Shown here one piece after another: positions 1 to 9,550 of a DNA stretch of 64,000 nt. The notes under the pieces were generated by a model. That model did no database searches. It saw only the letters and a program-made list of their open reading frames with translations, and was not told the DNA's origin. Source of the stretch: Acidobacteriota bacterium (GTDB lineage Bacteria > Acidobacteriota > Vicinamibacteria > Vicinamibacterales > UBA2999); the NCBI GenBank assembly GCA_947482665.1, contig CANKJK010000012.1, forward strand, positions 1,114 through 65,113, read 5' to 3'. Every line of letters begins with the position of its first letter. Positions within the stretch are counted from its first letter, which is position 1. A program made the translations under genes and the position numbers.

Positions 1-1
1 C

Positions 2-1606
2 GGCTGGACGCACCGCGGCCTCTCGTGGTGGAGCGACGGCAAGGGCACGGATCGCGTGTACGTGGCGACGACGGACGCCTACATCTACTCGCTGGATGCG
101 AAGACCGGCAAGCCCGACCCGGGATTCGGCACCAACGGCCGTGTTGATGCGACCGATGGCGTGGCCAACGCGAAGCGGTCGGTGAACATCACGGCGCGCC
201 GGCCTGTCGTGGCGGGCAATATCCTCGTGGCGGGGAGCGCGCTGCTCGACCCGCCCGCAGGGCGCGAGGCCGAGTTTCCGAAGGGCATCGTGCGCGCCTA
301 TGACGCGCGCACCGGCAAGACGCTCTGGACCTTCAACATCATTCCGCAGAAGGGCGAGTTCGGGTACGACACCTGGTTGAACGGCTCGGCCGACAAGCAG
401 GCCGCCGCCAACGCGTGGGGCGGCATCACCTACGACCCCGAGACCGACCACGTCTATTTCGTCACGTCGAATCCCGGCAACGACTACAACGGCGTGGCAC
501 GCCCGGGTGACAACCTCTTTGCCGACAGCATCGTGTGTGTCGAGGCGAAGACGGGCAAGCGCGTGTGGCACTACCAGGTGATTCATCACGACATCTGGGA
601 CTACGACCTCACGATGCCGCCGACGCTGGTCGAGCTGACGGTCAAGGGCAAGCGGGTCAAGGGTGTCGTGGGCATCAACAAGACGGCGATGGTGTATCTG
701 CTTGATCGCCGCACCGGCGTGCCGTTGTTTCCCACCCCGGAGACGGTGATTGCCGCCGAGCCACAGGCCAACGGCGATCAGTTCTCGCCGACGCAGCCGA
801 TGCCGCCACAGTCGATGCGCCTGGATCATCAGGGGTCGAGCTTCGAGCAGTTGCTCGACCTCACCCCGGAGCTGAAGAAGAAGGCCATCGACAACGTCCG
901 CTTCCTCGACATGGGGCCGGTCTATACCGCGGCGACCAAGCGCGGGTTGCTGGCGTCACCGACCTCGCTGGGCGGCGCCAACTGGGGTGGGTCCGCCGTG
1001 GATCCCGAAACCGGGATCTTCTACATGCCAACCCGGACGACGCTGCAGGTCCTTCGCCAGCGAGCGGTGACCGGCGCCTCCGGTGCCCCACCACCCGCAG
1101 AACCCGTGCACGGCGCCGGGCCGACGCCGCCAGCCAACCTTGCGTCGTTGCTCTACGTGGACGACCTGCCCCTGTTCAAACCACCGTGGGCGCGTGTGTC
1201 GGCCGTCGATCTCAACAAGGGCCAGACGCTCTGGGTCACGCCGATCGGCAACGGGCCGCGGAATCATCCCGCGCTCAAGAACCTCCCCAACCTGAAGCCG
1301 ATGGGCGACGCGATCCTCGGCGGGTCGCCCCTGGTCACGAAGACCATGCTCTTCGTGGGCGTGACGTATACCTTCGTCACCGGGCTCCCGCAGCCGGTGC
1401 CGTGGGAAAAGTGGCTGGACGCGGACTTCCAGAAGAACGTGCTCTACGCCTTCGACAAGAAGACAGGCAAGCAGCTCGCCGTCTTCAAGGCCGACAACCT
1501 CGGCGCGGCCGGTCCATCGACCTATCTCTACAAGGGGAAGCAGTACCTCGCGCTAGCCACGGGGAACGGACCCGACTGCGAGCTGGTCGTCTACGCGCTG
1601 CCGTAG
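2..1606 (+). CDS. PQQ-dependent dehydrogenase (quinoprotein beta-propeller, glucose/quinate-DH-like), 5' end cut by the window edge
   Basis: The frame stays open back to nt 2 (GWTHRGLSWWSDGKG precedes the listed GTG at 56), so the N-terminus lies upstream. Propeller-type repeats are present, with the motif YQVIHHDIWDYDL. It is a paralogue of 20895-22703. Confidence 0.8.
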   Translation, partial: GWTHRGLSWWSDGKGTDRVYVATTDAYIYSLDAKTGKPDPGFGTNGRVDATDGVANAKRSVNITARRPVVAGNILVAGSALLDPPAGREAEFPKGIVRAYDARTGKTLWTFNIIPQKGEFGYDTWLNGSADKQAAANAWGGITYDPETDHVYFVTSNPGNDYNGVARPGDNLFADSIVCVEAKTGKRVWHYQVIHHDIWDYDLTMPPTLVELTVKGKRVKGVVGINKTAMVYLLDRRTGVPLFPTPETVIAAEPQANGDQFSPTQPMPPQSMRLDHQGSSFEQLLDLTPELKKKAIDNVRFLDMGPVYTAATKRGLLASPTSLGGANWGGSAVDPETGIFYMPTRTTLQVLRQRAVTGASGAPPPAEPVHGAGPTPPANLASLLYVDDLPLFKPPWARVSAVDLNKGQTLWVTPIGNGPRNHPALKNLPNLKPMGDAILGGSPLVTKTMLFVGVTYTFVTGLPQPVPWEKWLDADFQKNVLYAFDKKTGKQLAVFKADNLGAAGPSTYLYKGKQYLALATGNGPDCELVVYALP

Positions 1607-1667
1607 ACGGCCACCGTCACTTTGCCCGTCATGAGCACTCGCGGTAGGTGATACTGAAGACGTTCTG

Positions 1668-1997
1668 ATGCGATCCAGGTCCCTTGCGCTGCTGTTGATG
1701 CTCCTCACGTTCGTGGGGACCACTACGCTTCCGCACGGGGACGACGCGGACGCCGACCAGGCGCTCGTCATCCACGACCACACCGCGCATCACGAGCGGC
1801 TGCGGGTTCCGGCCGCTGCCGGGGCGCCTGCGCACTGCGCGCTCTGTCACTGGCTGCAGTCCCTGCGGGTCGGGGCCGTCCGCCAGGCTCGTGGCCCGGT
1901 GAGCGCCGCCGCCACGCGCGTGTTCCTGGCGCGCCGCTCGGCAGAGCTCCGGACTGTCGAGCTCTTGAATCTGCCCTCCCGGGCGCCTCCCGTCTAA
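1668..1997 (+). CDS. small secreted His-rich protein with a single CxxCH motif, function unknown
   Basis: Signal-like N-terminus MRSRSLALLLMLLTFVG. His-rich VIHDHTAHHE. Motif HCALCHW. Third codon positions are mostly G/C. It lies directly upstream of the OM barrel and metal ABC genes. Confidence 0.4.
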   Translation: MRSRSLALLLMLLTFVGTTTLPHGDDADADQALVIHDHTAHHERLRVPAAAGAPAHCALCHWLQSLRVGAVRQARGPVSAAATRVFLARRSAELRTVELLNLPSRAPPV

Positions 1998-2100
1998 CCC
2001 TCCCTTCATCCGACGTTCGGACAAGAGAAACAGGTGCGTCACCCGCTGCGGGTGCTCGTGCCGTTGTGCGGCCATCGTCTCCGGCCGTACGGGAGGCTTC

Positions 2101-3357
2101 ATGAAGGTGTTGCGTGTTCTACGGGTTGCCGTCGCGGCGCTGTGCGTCGTGGCGGTATCCCACCCCAGTCCGGCATCAGCCCAGGCCGCGGCTGATGTGC
2201 AGGCGCTGCAGGCGCAGATTGACCAGCTGAAGAAGGAGTTCGGCGATCAGCTGAAGGCGCTCGAGGGGCAATTGCAGGCCCTCCGGGGGCAGGCGGCTGC
2301 GCCCGCGCCCCAGGCCGTGGCTCCGGTGGTCGAGCCATCGCTCTCATCGGCACCGCCCCCGGGCGCGTCGAAGGTGTTCAATCCAGACATCGCGGTGATC
2401 GGCGCCTTCCAGTCGTCGGCGGGGCGCAACACGGTGAGTCCGGACCCGTCGCTCGAGATGCGCGAATCGGAGCTGTCCCTCCAGGCCGTGGTCGATCCCT
2501 ACGCCCGCGCCGACTTCTTCCTCTCGTTCGGGCAGCAGGGCGTCAATCTTGAAGAAGGCTTCATCACCTTCAGTTCGGTCCCCGGAGGGCTGCTGACGAA
2601 GGTCGGCAAGATGCGGTCGGCCTTCGGCAAGGTGGATGGGCTGCATACCCACGGGTTGTCCTGGGCCGATCGGCCCCTGGTGACCAAGAACCTGCTGGGT
2701 GGGGAAGATGGGCTGAGCGACGCGGGTGTCTCGGTGGCGAGACTGATTCCCGCCGGTCCGTTGTTCCTTGAGGCCACCGGTCAGGTGTTCCGCGGGGAGA
2801 GCGGTGAGGGCGTCTTTGCGGCGTCGAAGCGCAGTGACCTGAGCTACGTGGGGCACCTGCGTGGGTATCACGACCTGACCGAGTCCACGAACATCGACCT
2901 CGGGACGTCCGTCGCGTACGGACACACCGCTGCCGGCGTTATCAACGATGTGGATGTCGGGCGCTTCACCTCGCGGCTCGCCGGCTTTGATGCGACGCTC
3001 CGGTGGCGGCCGCTCACGCGGGCCATCTACCACCAGTTCGTGGGCCGCGGTGAGTTTGTCTGGAGCCGGCGCGACGCATTCGGGGGCACCCAGGCGGCCA
3101 GGGGCTTCTATGTCTCCGGCGACTACCAGTTCGCGCGGCGCTGGTTTGCTGGTGCGCGCATCGACCGCTCCGACCGTGCCGACAACGCCCAGCTTACGGA
3201 TACCGGTCAGTCGGCCATCCTCACCTACAAACCCAGCGAGTTCAGTCTGCTCCGCGGCCAGTACCGCCGCACGGCCTACGCCGACGGCTCGACCGCCAAC
3301 GAGCTGCTCTTTCAAGTGCAATTTGCCATCGGGGCGCACGGCGCGCACCCGTTCTAA
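2101..3357 (+). CDS. outer-membrane beta-barrel (porin-like) protein with N-terminal coiled coil
   Basis: Signal peptide ending SPASAQA. Heptad-like QALQAQIDQLKKEFGDQLKALEGQLQALRGQ. Strand-like alternating pattern. C-terminal GAHGAHPF with a terminal Phe. Confidence 0.55.
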   Translation: MKVLRVLRVAVAALCVVAVSHPSPASAQAAADVQALQAQIDQLKKEFGDQLKALEGQLQALRGQAAAPAPQAVAPVVEPSLSSAPPPGASKVFNPDIAVIGAFQSSAGRNTVSPDPSLEMRESELSLQAVVDPYARADFFLSFGQQGVNLEEGFITFSSVPGGLLTKVGKMRSAFGKVDGLHTHGLSWADRPLVTKNLLGGEDGLSDAGVSVARLIPAGPLFLEATGQVFRGESGEGVFAASKRSDLSYVGHLRGYHDLTESTNIDLGTSVAYGHTAAGVINDVDVGRFTSRLAGFDATLRWRPLTRAIYHQFVGRGEFVWSRRDAFGGTQAARGFYVSGDYQFARRWFAGARIDRSDRADNAQLTDTGQSAILTYKPSEFSLLRGQYRRTAYADGSTANELLFQVQFAIGAHGAHPF

Positions 3358-3366
3358 GGAATCACC

Positions 3367-4296
3367 ATGTTGAGACGCGCACGCTCGCTTGCATTGCTCC
3401 TCCTGCTGGGGATGCCGCTGGCCGCCCATGCGGATTCGAAACTCAACGTCGTCGCCACCACCGAGGATCTGGCGTCGCTCACCCGCGAAGTGGGTGGCGA
3501 CAAGGTGACGGTCACGGCTCTGGCCAAGGGCTATCAGGACCCGCACTTCGTGGATCCGAAGCCGAGCTTCATCCTCGCCGTCAGCCGGGCCGACCTGCTC
3601 GTGGTCGTCGGACGTGAGCTTGAGATCGGGTGGCTCCCCCCGCTGCTCTCCAGCAGCCGCAATGCCAAGGTGCAGCCCGGCAGCGCCGGTTATCTCGACG
3701 CTTCGGCCGGCGTCCATATCCTGGAACTGCCCACGGGGCAGATCACCCGCGCGATGGGCGACGTGCACCCGCTCGGGAACCCGCACTACTGGCTGGATCC
3801 GGCCAACGGGCGACGGATGGCGCAGGCGATCGCGGCGAAGCTCGGCGAGCTGGCCCCGGCGGACAAAGCCTTCTTCTCGCAGCGCTACGCCGACTTCGAC
3901 GTGCGCCTGGCCGCGGCCGAGAAGCGGTGGGACGCCACGATGGCGCCCTACAAAGGCACGAAGGTCGTGACGTACCACCGGTCGTGGCCGAACTTCATGG
4001 ACCGGTTCCGGCTGGATGTGATGGGCTACGTGGAGCCGAAGCCTGGCATCCCGCCGTCACCTTCGCACACCCTGGAGCTCATCGAGGACATGAAGCGGCA
4101 GGGGGTGAAGCTCATCGTCGTCGAGCCGTACTTCGACGCGAAGACGCCGCAGGCCATTGCCAGCCAGGTCGGGGGCCAGGTGCTGACACTGGCGCCGTCG
4201 GTGGGCGGCGCCAAGAGCGTCACCGACTACATCCAGCTCTTCGACTACAACGTGAGTCAGCTTGCAGCCGGCCTGAAGCAGGCCACGGGAAAGTAA
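3367..4296 (+). CDS. metal ABC transporter substrate-binding protein (ZnuA/TroA family)
   Basis: Signal peptide. KLNVVATTEDLASLTREVGGDKVTVTALAKGYQDPHFVDPKPS and HPLGNPHYWLDP are typical of cluster-9 metal-binding proteins. Confidence 0.85.
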   Translation: MLRRARSLALLLLLGMPLAAHADSKLNVVATTEDLASLTREVGGDKVTVTALAKGYQDPHFVDPKPSFILAVSRADLLVVVGRELEIGWLPPLLSSSRNAKVQPGSAGYLDASAGVHILELPTGQITRAMGDVHPLGNPHYWLDPANGRRMAQAIAAKLGELAPADKAFFSQRYADFDVRLAAAEKRWDATMAPYKGTKVVTYHRSWPNFMDRFRLDVMGYVEPKPGIPPSPSHTLELIEDMKRQGVKLIVVEPYFDAKTPQAIASQVGGQVLTLAPSVGGAKSVTDYIQLFDYNVSQLAAGLKQATGK

Positions 4297-4302
4297 CCCG
4301 TC

Positions 4303-5130
4303 ATGGAATGGACCACCCTGCAGTTCCTGTTGCCGGCCATCGTGGCCAGCCTGATCATCGCCGGCATCCACGCCTACCTCGGCCTGCACGTCGTCGAGCG
4401 CGGTGTCATCTTCGTGGACCTCTCGCTCGCGCAGATTGCGTCGCTCGGCGCGGCCATCGCGGTGTGGCAGGGGTTTGACGCGCACGACCCGGCGATCTCC
4501 TGGATGAGCCTGGGCTTCACGCTGGTAGGCGCGTTCATCTTCGCCATGATCAAGGGCCACGAGACGCGGGTCCCGAAGGAGGCCTTCATCGGGATCTCCT
4601 ACGCGGTGGCCTCGGCGGCCGTCATCCTCACGATGAGCAAGGCGACGGGCGAGGCGGAGCACCTCCAGGACATGCTCGTCGGCAACATCCTGTCGGTGCA
4701 GTGGCCCGAGGTCTGGCTGACCGCCGCCATCTACGTGGCCATCGGGCTCTTCCACGTTGTGTTCCGCAAGCGCTTTCTCGAGATCTCGTTGAACCCGGTG
4801 GCCGTCGCGGCGCGTGGCATCTCGGTGCGCTTCTGGGACTTCCTGTTCTACGCGTCGTTCGGCCTCGTGGTCACGCGGTCGGTGGCGATTGCCGGCGTGC
4901 TGCTGGTCTTCTGCTACCTCATCGTCCCGTCTGTCGGCGGCATGCTGTACGCCGGCCGGATTGGGCCGAGACTGGCGATTGGCTGGGTGATGGCGGGCGT
5001 GGCCTCGATGCTGGGTATGTACACCTCGGTGCTGTTTGACCTGCCGACAGGGGCCACCATCGTGGTGACCTTCGGCGTGGTGCTCGCGCTGATGGCCGCC
5101 GTGCGGCCCCTCGTCGTGCGCGCGACGTAG
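4303..5130 (+). CDS. metal ABC transporter permease (ABC-3 / ZnuB family)
   Basis: Polytopic membrane protein. N-terminus LLPAIVASLIIAGIHAYLGLHVVERGVIFVDLSLAQIASLG is typical of ZnuB/MntB-type permeases. It starts 6 nt after the binding-protein gene. Confidence 0.85.
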   Translation: MEWTTLQFLLPAIVASLIIAGIHAYLGLHVVERGVIFVDLSLAQIASLGAAIAVWQGFDAHDPAISWMSLGFTLVGAFIFAMIKGHETRVPKEAFIGISYAVASAAVILTMSKATGEAEHLQDMLVGNILSVQWPEVWLTAAIYVAIGLFHVVFRKRFLEISLNPVAVAARGISVRFWDFLFYASFGLVVTRSVAIAGVLLVFCYLIVPSVGGMLYAGRIGPRLAIGWVMAGVASMLGMYTSVLFDLPTGATIVVTFGVVLALMAAVRPLVVRAT

Positions 5131-5213
5131 CGCTGGCGGCGCCCGGCGGGGAGGCCGGGCGGCGGCGATTTCTCTCTGGCACTCGCGGCTGAGACCGTGT
5201 ACGGTCCACCGTC

Positions 5214-6197
5214 ATGAGACACCTTCAGCGGTTTGCGCTCGCCCTTGCGGTCACTCTCCTCGTGGCGCAGGCGCGCGGCGGCACCCAGGCGCCCGCCGGC
5301 GTCCGGTTTGACGAGTTCGCGCCCACCACCTTCAGCGTCGTCACCCACGACACCCGGGCGATGGCGGCGGCGTGGGCCGATGTGCTCGGCATCGCGGTGC
5401 CGCCCATCAACCAGCCCGACGTCACCTATCCCCCGAGCTTCGAGGGCGACCGTACCGGCAAGCCGACCATGGCTTCGCTCCAGGCGGTCAACATGACGGT
5501 GTCGCTCCACCAGCCGCCGCCCGGCACGTACTGGCGCCAGATCCTCGATACGCACGGGGAGCGGCTGTATCGCATGAACTTCCGCGTCCACGGACTCGCG
5601 GATCAGACGGCGTACTTCGAGCGCGCGGGCGGGAAGCTCGTCATCGGCGACCCGGCGAAGGTGCCCTACGTCAACGTCAACCTGTGGCCGAAGTACGGCG
5701 TGGCGCTGGAGCTGAATGGCGTGGCGGCCGATGCGCCGGAGCCCGCGCCCAGGCCGGCACCGCCGGCGGGGAGCTTCGCCAACAACCCGGTGGTCAAGAT
5801 CGCCTTCGTCGTCCCAAATCTCACGGAGGCCGTCCGCGACTACCGGGCGCTGTTCGGACTGTCGGCGCCGGTGACCGGTGCGACGAAGTCGATCGTGTTT
5901 CCCCAGAGCGCCAAAGCGGACCGCGCGACCACGATCAACTGGGCAAAGCTGACCTTTCCGAACGGCGTGCTGCTGGAGCTGAATGAGCCGCATGGCGGGG
6001 CGAGCGTGTGGCGCACGCACCTCCAGGCCCACGGCCGATCGATCTTCAGCGTCGGCCTCCGCGTGAAGAGCGTGCGCGAGGCGGCGGCCTACCTGGCCTC
6101 AAAGGGCGGCGTCCTCGTGTTTGGGGGACCTGGCGCGCGGTATGCGGGGTTCGACTTCACCTCGAAGCTGGGCACGATCATCGAGATTCAGGAGTAG
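5214..6197 (+). CDS. secreted protein with two VOC/glyoxalase-fold-like halves (tentative)
   Basis: Signal peptide MRHLQRFALALAVTLLVAQARG. Two internally similar halves (…RMNFRVHGLADQTAYFERAGGKLV… and …SVGLRVKSVREAAAYLASKGGVLV…) resemble VOC modules. Confidence 0.4.
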   Translation: MRHLQRFALALAVTLLVAQARGGTQAPAGVRFDEFAPTTFSVVTHDTRAMAAAWADVLGIAVPPINQPDVTYPPSFEGDRTGKPTMASLQAVNMTVSLHQPPPGTYWRQILDTHGERLYRMNFRVHGLADQTAYFERAGGKLVIGDPAKVPYVNVNLWPKYGVALELNGVAADAPEPAPRPAPPAGSFANNPVVKIAFVVPNLTEAVRDYRALFGLSAPVTGATKSIVFPQSAKADRATTINWAKLTFPNGVLLELNEPHGGASVWRTHLQAHGRSIFSVGLRVKSVREAAAYLASKGGVLVFGGPGARYAGFDFTSKLGTIIEIQE

Positions 6198-6220
6198 CGC
6201 CACCTGCCTATCAGCGGTGT

Positions 6221-7093
6221 ATGGCTGCCGGGCCGCAGACTTCTTACAATGTGATCTCCGTGTCTTCCCCCAGCGACCTCAGAACCACGCGCCGTGAGCG
6301 GCTCCGGCCAGGAGTGGGCGGCGAGCTTCGGGCGGCCCGCCTCGCCCGAGGGCTGCAACTGAGTGACGTGGCTGACCAGCTCCTGTTGTCGACCAGGCAG
6401 ATCGCCGAGCTGGAGATGGAGCAGACGGGCGCATTCCATAACGAGGGGTTCCGTCTTCGGGCGGCCCAGTCCTATGCGCGGTGGCTCGGGGTGCCGGACC
6501 CGATCGAGGGCGGGGACGAGCCAGAGGCCGTTGCCCCCGAGGTCACGCATCCTGTTGACCAGCCGACGGCGCGCGCACGATGGCCCATCGTCGTGGTCGT
6601 CGGCCTCGTGGTGCTCCTCGTGGGCTACGTCATCACGCGACGTGTCAGCGGGCGCCAGCAAACCGACCGTGGTGCGGAAGCGCAACCGGTGCTCCCGGCG
6701 GTTTCGGTTCCCGCTCCCGTTCCTGCTCCCGCTCCCACTCCCGCACAAAGCGCCCCAGAGGCGCCGGCCCCACCGCAGTTTGCCATCACGGCTGAGGAGT
6801 GGCGCGATGTCTCCGGAGCCCAGCGCGCGGGTCAGTCGCTGCAGCTCACGGTCAGCGCGCCATGTTGGCTGTTCGTCCGATACGTCGACGGTGAGACCGT
6901 GGAGCGGCAACTGGAGTCTGGTGAGGCGTTCCCCCTGAAGGGTGAGCCCGCATATCTGGCTCTGGGGATCGAGCGCGCCGAACTCTCGCTCGGTGGGCGC
7001 ATCCAGCACCTCGACTCATGGGCGAGTCAGGGCCAGATCCGGATCAACCGGACCGGCCTCGATCAGATCGTCTCCGCGCTGACGAGCCACTAG
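6221..7093 (+). CDS. RodZ-like protein (XRE-type HTH, TM helix, Pro/Ala linker, DUF4115-like C-terminal domain)
   Basis: LRAARLARGLQLSDVADQLLLSTRQIAELE is an HTH. TM segment WPIVVVVGLVVLLVGYVI. PAPVPAPAPTPAQSAPEAPAPP linker. C-terminal LQLTVSAPCWLFVRYVDGE. I chose the ATG at 6221 because the listed start at 6008 would overlap the previous gene. Confidence 0.6.
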   Translation: MAAGPQTSYNVISVSSPSDLRTTRRERLRPGVGGELRAARLARGLQLSDVADQLLLSTRQIAELEMEQTGAFHNEGFRLRAAQSYARWLGVPDPIEGGDEPEAVAPEVTHPVDQPTARARWPIVVVVGLVVLLVGYVITRRVSGRQQTDRGAEAQPVLPAVSVPAPVPAPAPTPAQSAPEAPAPPQFAITAEEWRDVSGAQRAGQSLQLTVSAPCWLFVRYVDGETVERQLESGEAFPLKGEPAYLALGIERAELSLGGRIQHLDSWASQGQIRINRTGLDQIVSALTSH

Positions 7094-7223
7094 TCGCGTC
7101 ACGCTCGCCTCGCAACTCTTCCACACGTCAAGCTCAACCGGTCGCATTGGCGCCATAGACAGCCAGATTCAGGTGCGAATTCCTCGCCTGGGACCGGGTG
7201 ATTTCTCCGGCTGCGGGCATGAT

Positions 7224-7241
7224 CCGCGAACAAGTTCGCGG
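7224..7241. promoter_or_regulatory. perfect inverted repeat CCGCGAAC-AA-GTTCGCGG upstream of the PAS gene (possible operator)
   Basis: Read directly from the sequence. 8-bp arms with a 2-nt spacer, 53 nt upstream of the ATG at 7294, in a 200-nt intergenic region. Confidence 0.25.
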
Positions 7242-7293
7242 TGTTCAAGCCCGCCCGTGCGGCTCCGATAACTGAGGCAGGAGCACACAGGTA

Positions 7294-7836
7294 ATGCCGC
7301 ACCTTCGACCTCAGCCAACCGGTCACGAACGCACCTTTCACGAGCACGAGATCATCGTCAGCAAGACCGACGTGCATGGCGTCATCACCTATGCGAACGA
7401 TGTGTTCCTGCGCGTCTCTGGCTACCACGAAGAAGAATTGCTCGGCCAGCCGCACAGCATGATCCGGCATCCCGAGATGCCACGCGCGGTCTTCAAGCTC
7501 CTCTGGGACACCGTCGCGGCCGGGCAGGAGATCTTTGCCTACGTTGTGAACCTGGCCGCGAATGGCGACCACTACTGGGTGCTGGCGCACGTGACACCGA
7601 CGTTTGACCCCCGTGGCCGGATCACCGGGTTCCACTCCAGCCGCCGTGTACCGGACCGAGGCGCCGTGCAGCAGGTCACGGGCCTCTACGCGCAGCTGTG
7701 CGCGGAGGAACGCCGGCACCGCGACAAGAAGGCGGGCCTGGAGGCGTCCTCGTCGATGCTGGGCCAGGTGCTCTCGTCCAAGGGCATTGGCTACGATGAA
7801 TTCCTGTTCTCTCTGATACCTGTGGAGGCGCGGTGA
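7294..7836 (+). CDS. stand-alone Aer-type PAS domain protein
   Basis: [83 protein letters not shown] matches the N-terminal PAS of aerotaxis receptors. Confidence 0.8.
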   Translation: MPHLRPQPTGHERTFHEHEIIVSKTDVHGVITYANDVFLRVSGYHEEELLGQPHSMIRHPEMPRAVFKLLWDTVAAGQEIFAYVVNLAANGDHYWVLAHVTPTFDPRGRITGFHSSRRVPDRGAVQQVTGLYAQLCAEERRHRDKKAGLEASSSMLGQVLSSKGIGYDEFLFSLIPVEAR

Positions 7837-8738
7837 TGACCGTCATCCAGATGGACTCACGCCGGACGAGCGTGCCTTCCGCGGTGTCTGCCGAAGCCTA
7901 CGAGCAGGTGGTGGCGGAGCTGGAGGCGTGCCGCGCGGTGCTCAAGCGGACGGCGGATGTCTGCGAGGCGGCCGCGCACGGTGACCTCGAGGCGCGTGTC
8001 ACCGGATTCGAGCAGCCCGGCGATGCCGGCCGACTGATGCGGAGTGTGAACCACATCCTCGATGTGTCGGACGCCTTCGTGCGCGAAGCCCGCGCGTCGT
8101 TGGAGCACGCGGGGCAGGCCAAGTACTTCCGCCGGGTGATCCTCACGGGCATGCCAGGGGCGTATCGCCAGGCGTCGTGCGTGATCAATCAGGCCACGGC
8201 CGCGATGGCGGAGCAGGCCGCCGCGCTGGGCCGGGCTCGCGAGCAACAGCTGGACATGGCCCGTCGGTTCGAGGAGACGGTGGGCTCGGTCGTCCGTACG
8301 CTGGCCACCTCCTCCGAGGCGATGCAGACCAGAGCCGACTCCCTGACAGGTGTCGCGCGCCAGTCTGGCTCGCTCTCGGGCGAGACCGTGATGGGCCGGA
8401 TGGTGGAGCGGTCCCGTGAGATCGGCAGCGTGACCAAGCTCATCACGCACATTGCCGACGGGACACGCCTGCTTGCGTTGAACGCCACGATTGAAGCGGC
8501 CCGGGCCGGCGAGGCCGGACTGGGATTTTCAGTGGTGGCTTCCGAAGTGAAGCAACTGGCTCAGGACACCGCGAAGGCCACCGGTGACATCTCCCGCCAT
8601 ATCGGGGACATGCGCGAGGCGACACAGGAGGCCGTGGCCGGCATCACTGCGATGGGCCAGGCCGCCCACGAGCTCTCGCAGGAAGTGGAGACGCTCTCCA
8701 TCGGTGCCAGAGACTTCCTGGAGGCGGTTCGCGGCTGA
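7836..8738 (+). CDS. soluble methyl-accepting chemotaxis protein (signalling domain, no TM helix)
   Basis: Highly conserved MCP hairpin tip [41 protein letters not shown] at 7824-7828 sits before the ATG at 7836. The start overlaps the PAS gene stop (GTGATGA). Confidence 0.8.
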   Translation: MTVIQMDSRRTSVPSAVSAEAYEQVVAELEACRAVLKRTADVCEAAAHGDLEARVTGFEQPGDAGRLMRSVNHILDVSDAFVREARASLEHAGQAKYFRRVILTGMPGAYRQASCVINQATAAMAEQAAALGRAREQQLDMARRFEETVGSVVRTLATSSEAMQTRADSLTGVARQSGSLSGETVMGRMVERSREIGSVTKLITHIADGTRLLALNATIEAARAGEAGLGFSVVASEVKQLAQDTAKATGDISRHIGDMREATQEAVAGITAMGQAAHELSQEVETLSIGARDFLEAVRG

Positions 8739-8786
8739 CTGATCCTTTCGCGCCGCGCGCGCACGGGTCAATCCTCTGCTAACGTT

Positions 8787-8807
8787 GGGAAACCGGAACG
8801 GTTTCCC
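8787..8807 (+). terminator. perfect 9-bp hairpin GGGAAACCG-GAA-CGGTTTCCC after the MCP gene (no U-tract)
   Basis: Read directly from the sequence. It lies 49 nt after the stop at 8738. The lack of a T-run makes the terminator role uncertain. Confidence 0.3.
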
Positions 8808-8839
8808 GGCGTGGGCAGTGTGGACGAAAGGAGTCAGCC

Positions 8840-9550
8840 ATGAAGGTCGGCATCATCGGCGCCGGCATGATCGGAGGCACGCTCGTCCGCAGGCTGACCA
8901 GCCTTGGTCATGACGTGGCCGTGGCGAACTCCCGTGGACCGGAGACGCTCCGCGCACTGGCCGCGGAAACCGGCGCGCGCGCGGTGAGCCTCCACGAGGC
9001 CGCACAGAACCGCGAGATCGTGGTGGTCACGATCCCTGAGCGGGCGGTGCCCGATCTTCCGAAGGATCTTTTCGCCGGCGTACCCGCCGACGTGGTGGTC
9101 ATCGATACCGGCAACTATTACCCGGCGCGTGATGGCGCCATCCCCGCGCTCGATGCTGGCCAGGTTGAGAGTGTCTGGGTGGCCGAGCATCTGGGCCGCC
9201 CCGTCATCAAGGCGTTCAATCACATCTACTTCAAGAGCTTGCTGGAAGACGGCACGCCGGCGGGCACTCCGGGCCGGCTCGCGCTGGCGGTCGCCGGTGA
9301 TCCACCGCAGGCGCGTGGGACGGTGATGCACCTGGTGGACGAGTTGGGCTTTGAACCGGTCGATGCCGGAGCGCTTGCGGATTCCTGGCGGCAGCAGCCG
9401 GGGACGCCCGCGTATCTGGGCCGCAGTGATGCCGACACGCTGAAGGTGGCGCTGGCCGCGGCCGAACCCAGCCGGTTCGGCGACTACCGCACATCCGCCA
9501 ACGACGCCGTCAAGGCGATCTTCGCGAAGGCGAAGCCAGAGACGCGCTAG
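8840..9550 (+). CDS. NAD(P)-binding oxidoreductase (NADPH-dependent F420 reductase / ProC-like family)
   Basis: Rossmann N-terminus MKVGIIGAGMIGGTLVRRLTSLGHDVAVANSRGPE. AAGGAG precedes the start. Confidence 0.7.
   Translation: MKVGIIGAGMIGGTLVRRLTSLGHDVAVANSRGPETLRALAAETGARAVSLHEAAQNREIVVVTIPERAVPDLPKDLFAGVPADVVVIDTGNYYPARDGAIPALDAGQVESVWVAEHLGRPVIKAFNHIYFKSLLEDGTPAGTPGRLALAVAGDPPQARGTVMHLVDELGFEPVDAGALADSWRQQPGTPAYLGRSDADTLKVALAAAEPSRFGDYRTSANDAVKAIFAKAKPETR

Noticed and set aside
2-1606. Lanthanide dependence of the PQQ dehydrogenases, inferred from the WDYD (Asp-x-Asp) motif and the adjacent metal-uptake cluster.
   Set aside because: As I recall, the same D-x-D spacing occurs in Ca/Mg-type membrane glucose dehydrogenase (HHDLWDMD). 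The motif is therefore not diagnostic, and the ABC components look like ordinary ZnuA/ZnuB types. The sequence alone does not support the idea.
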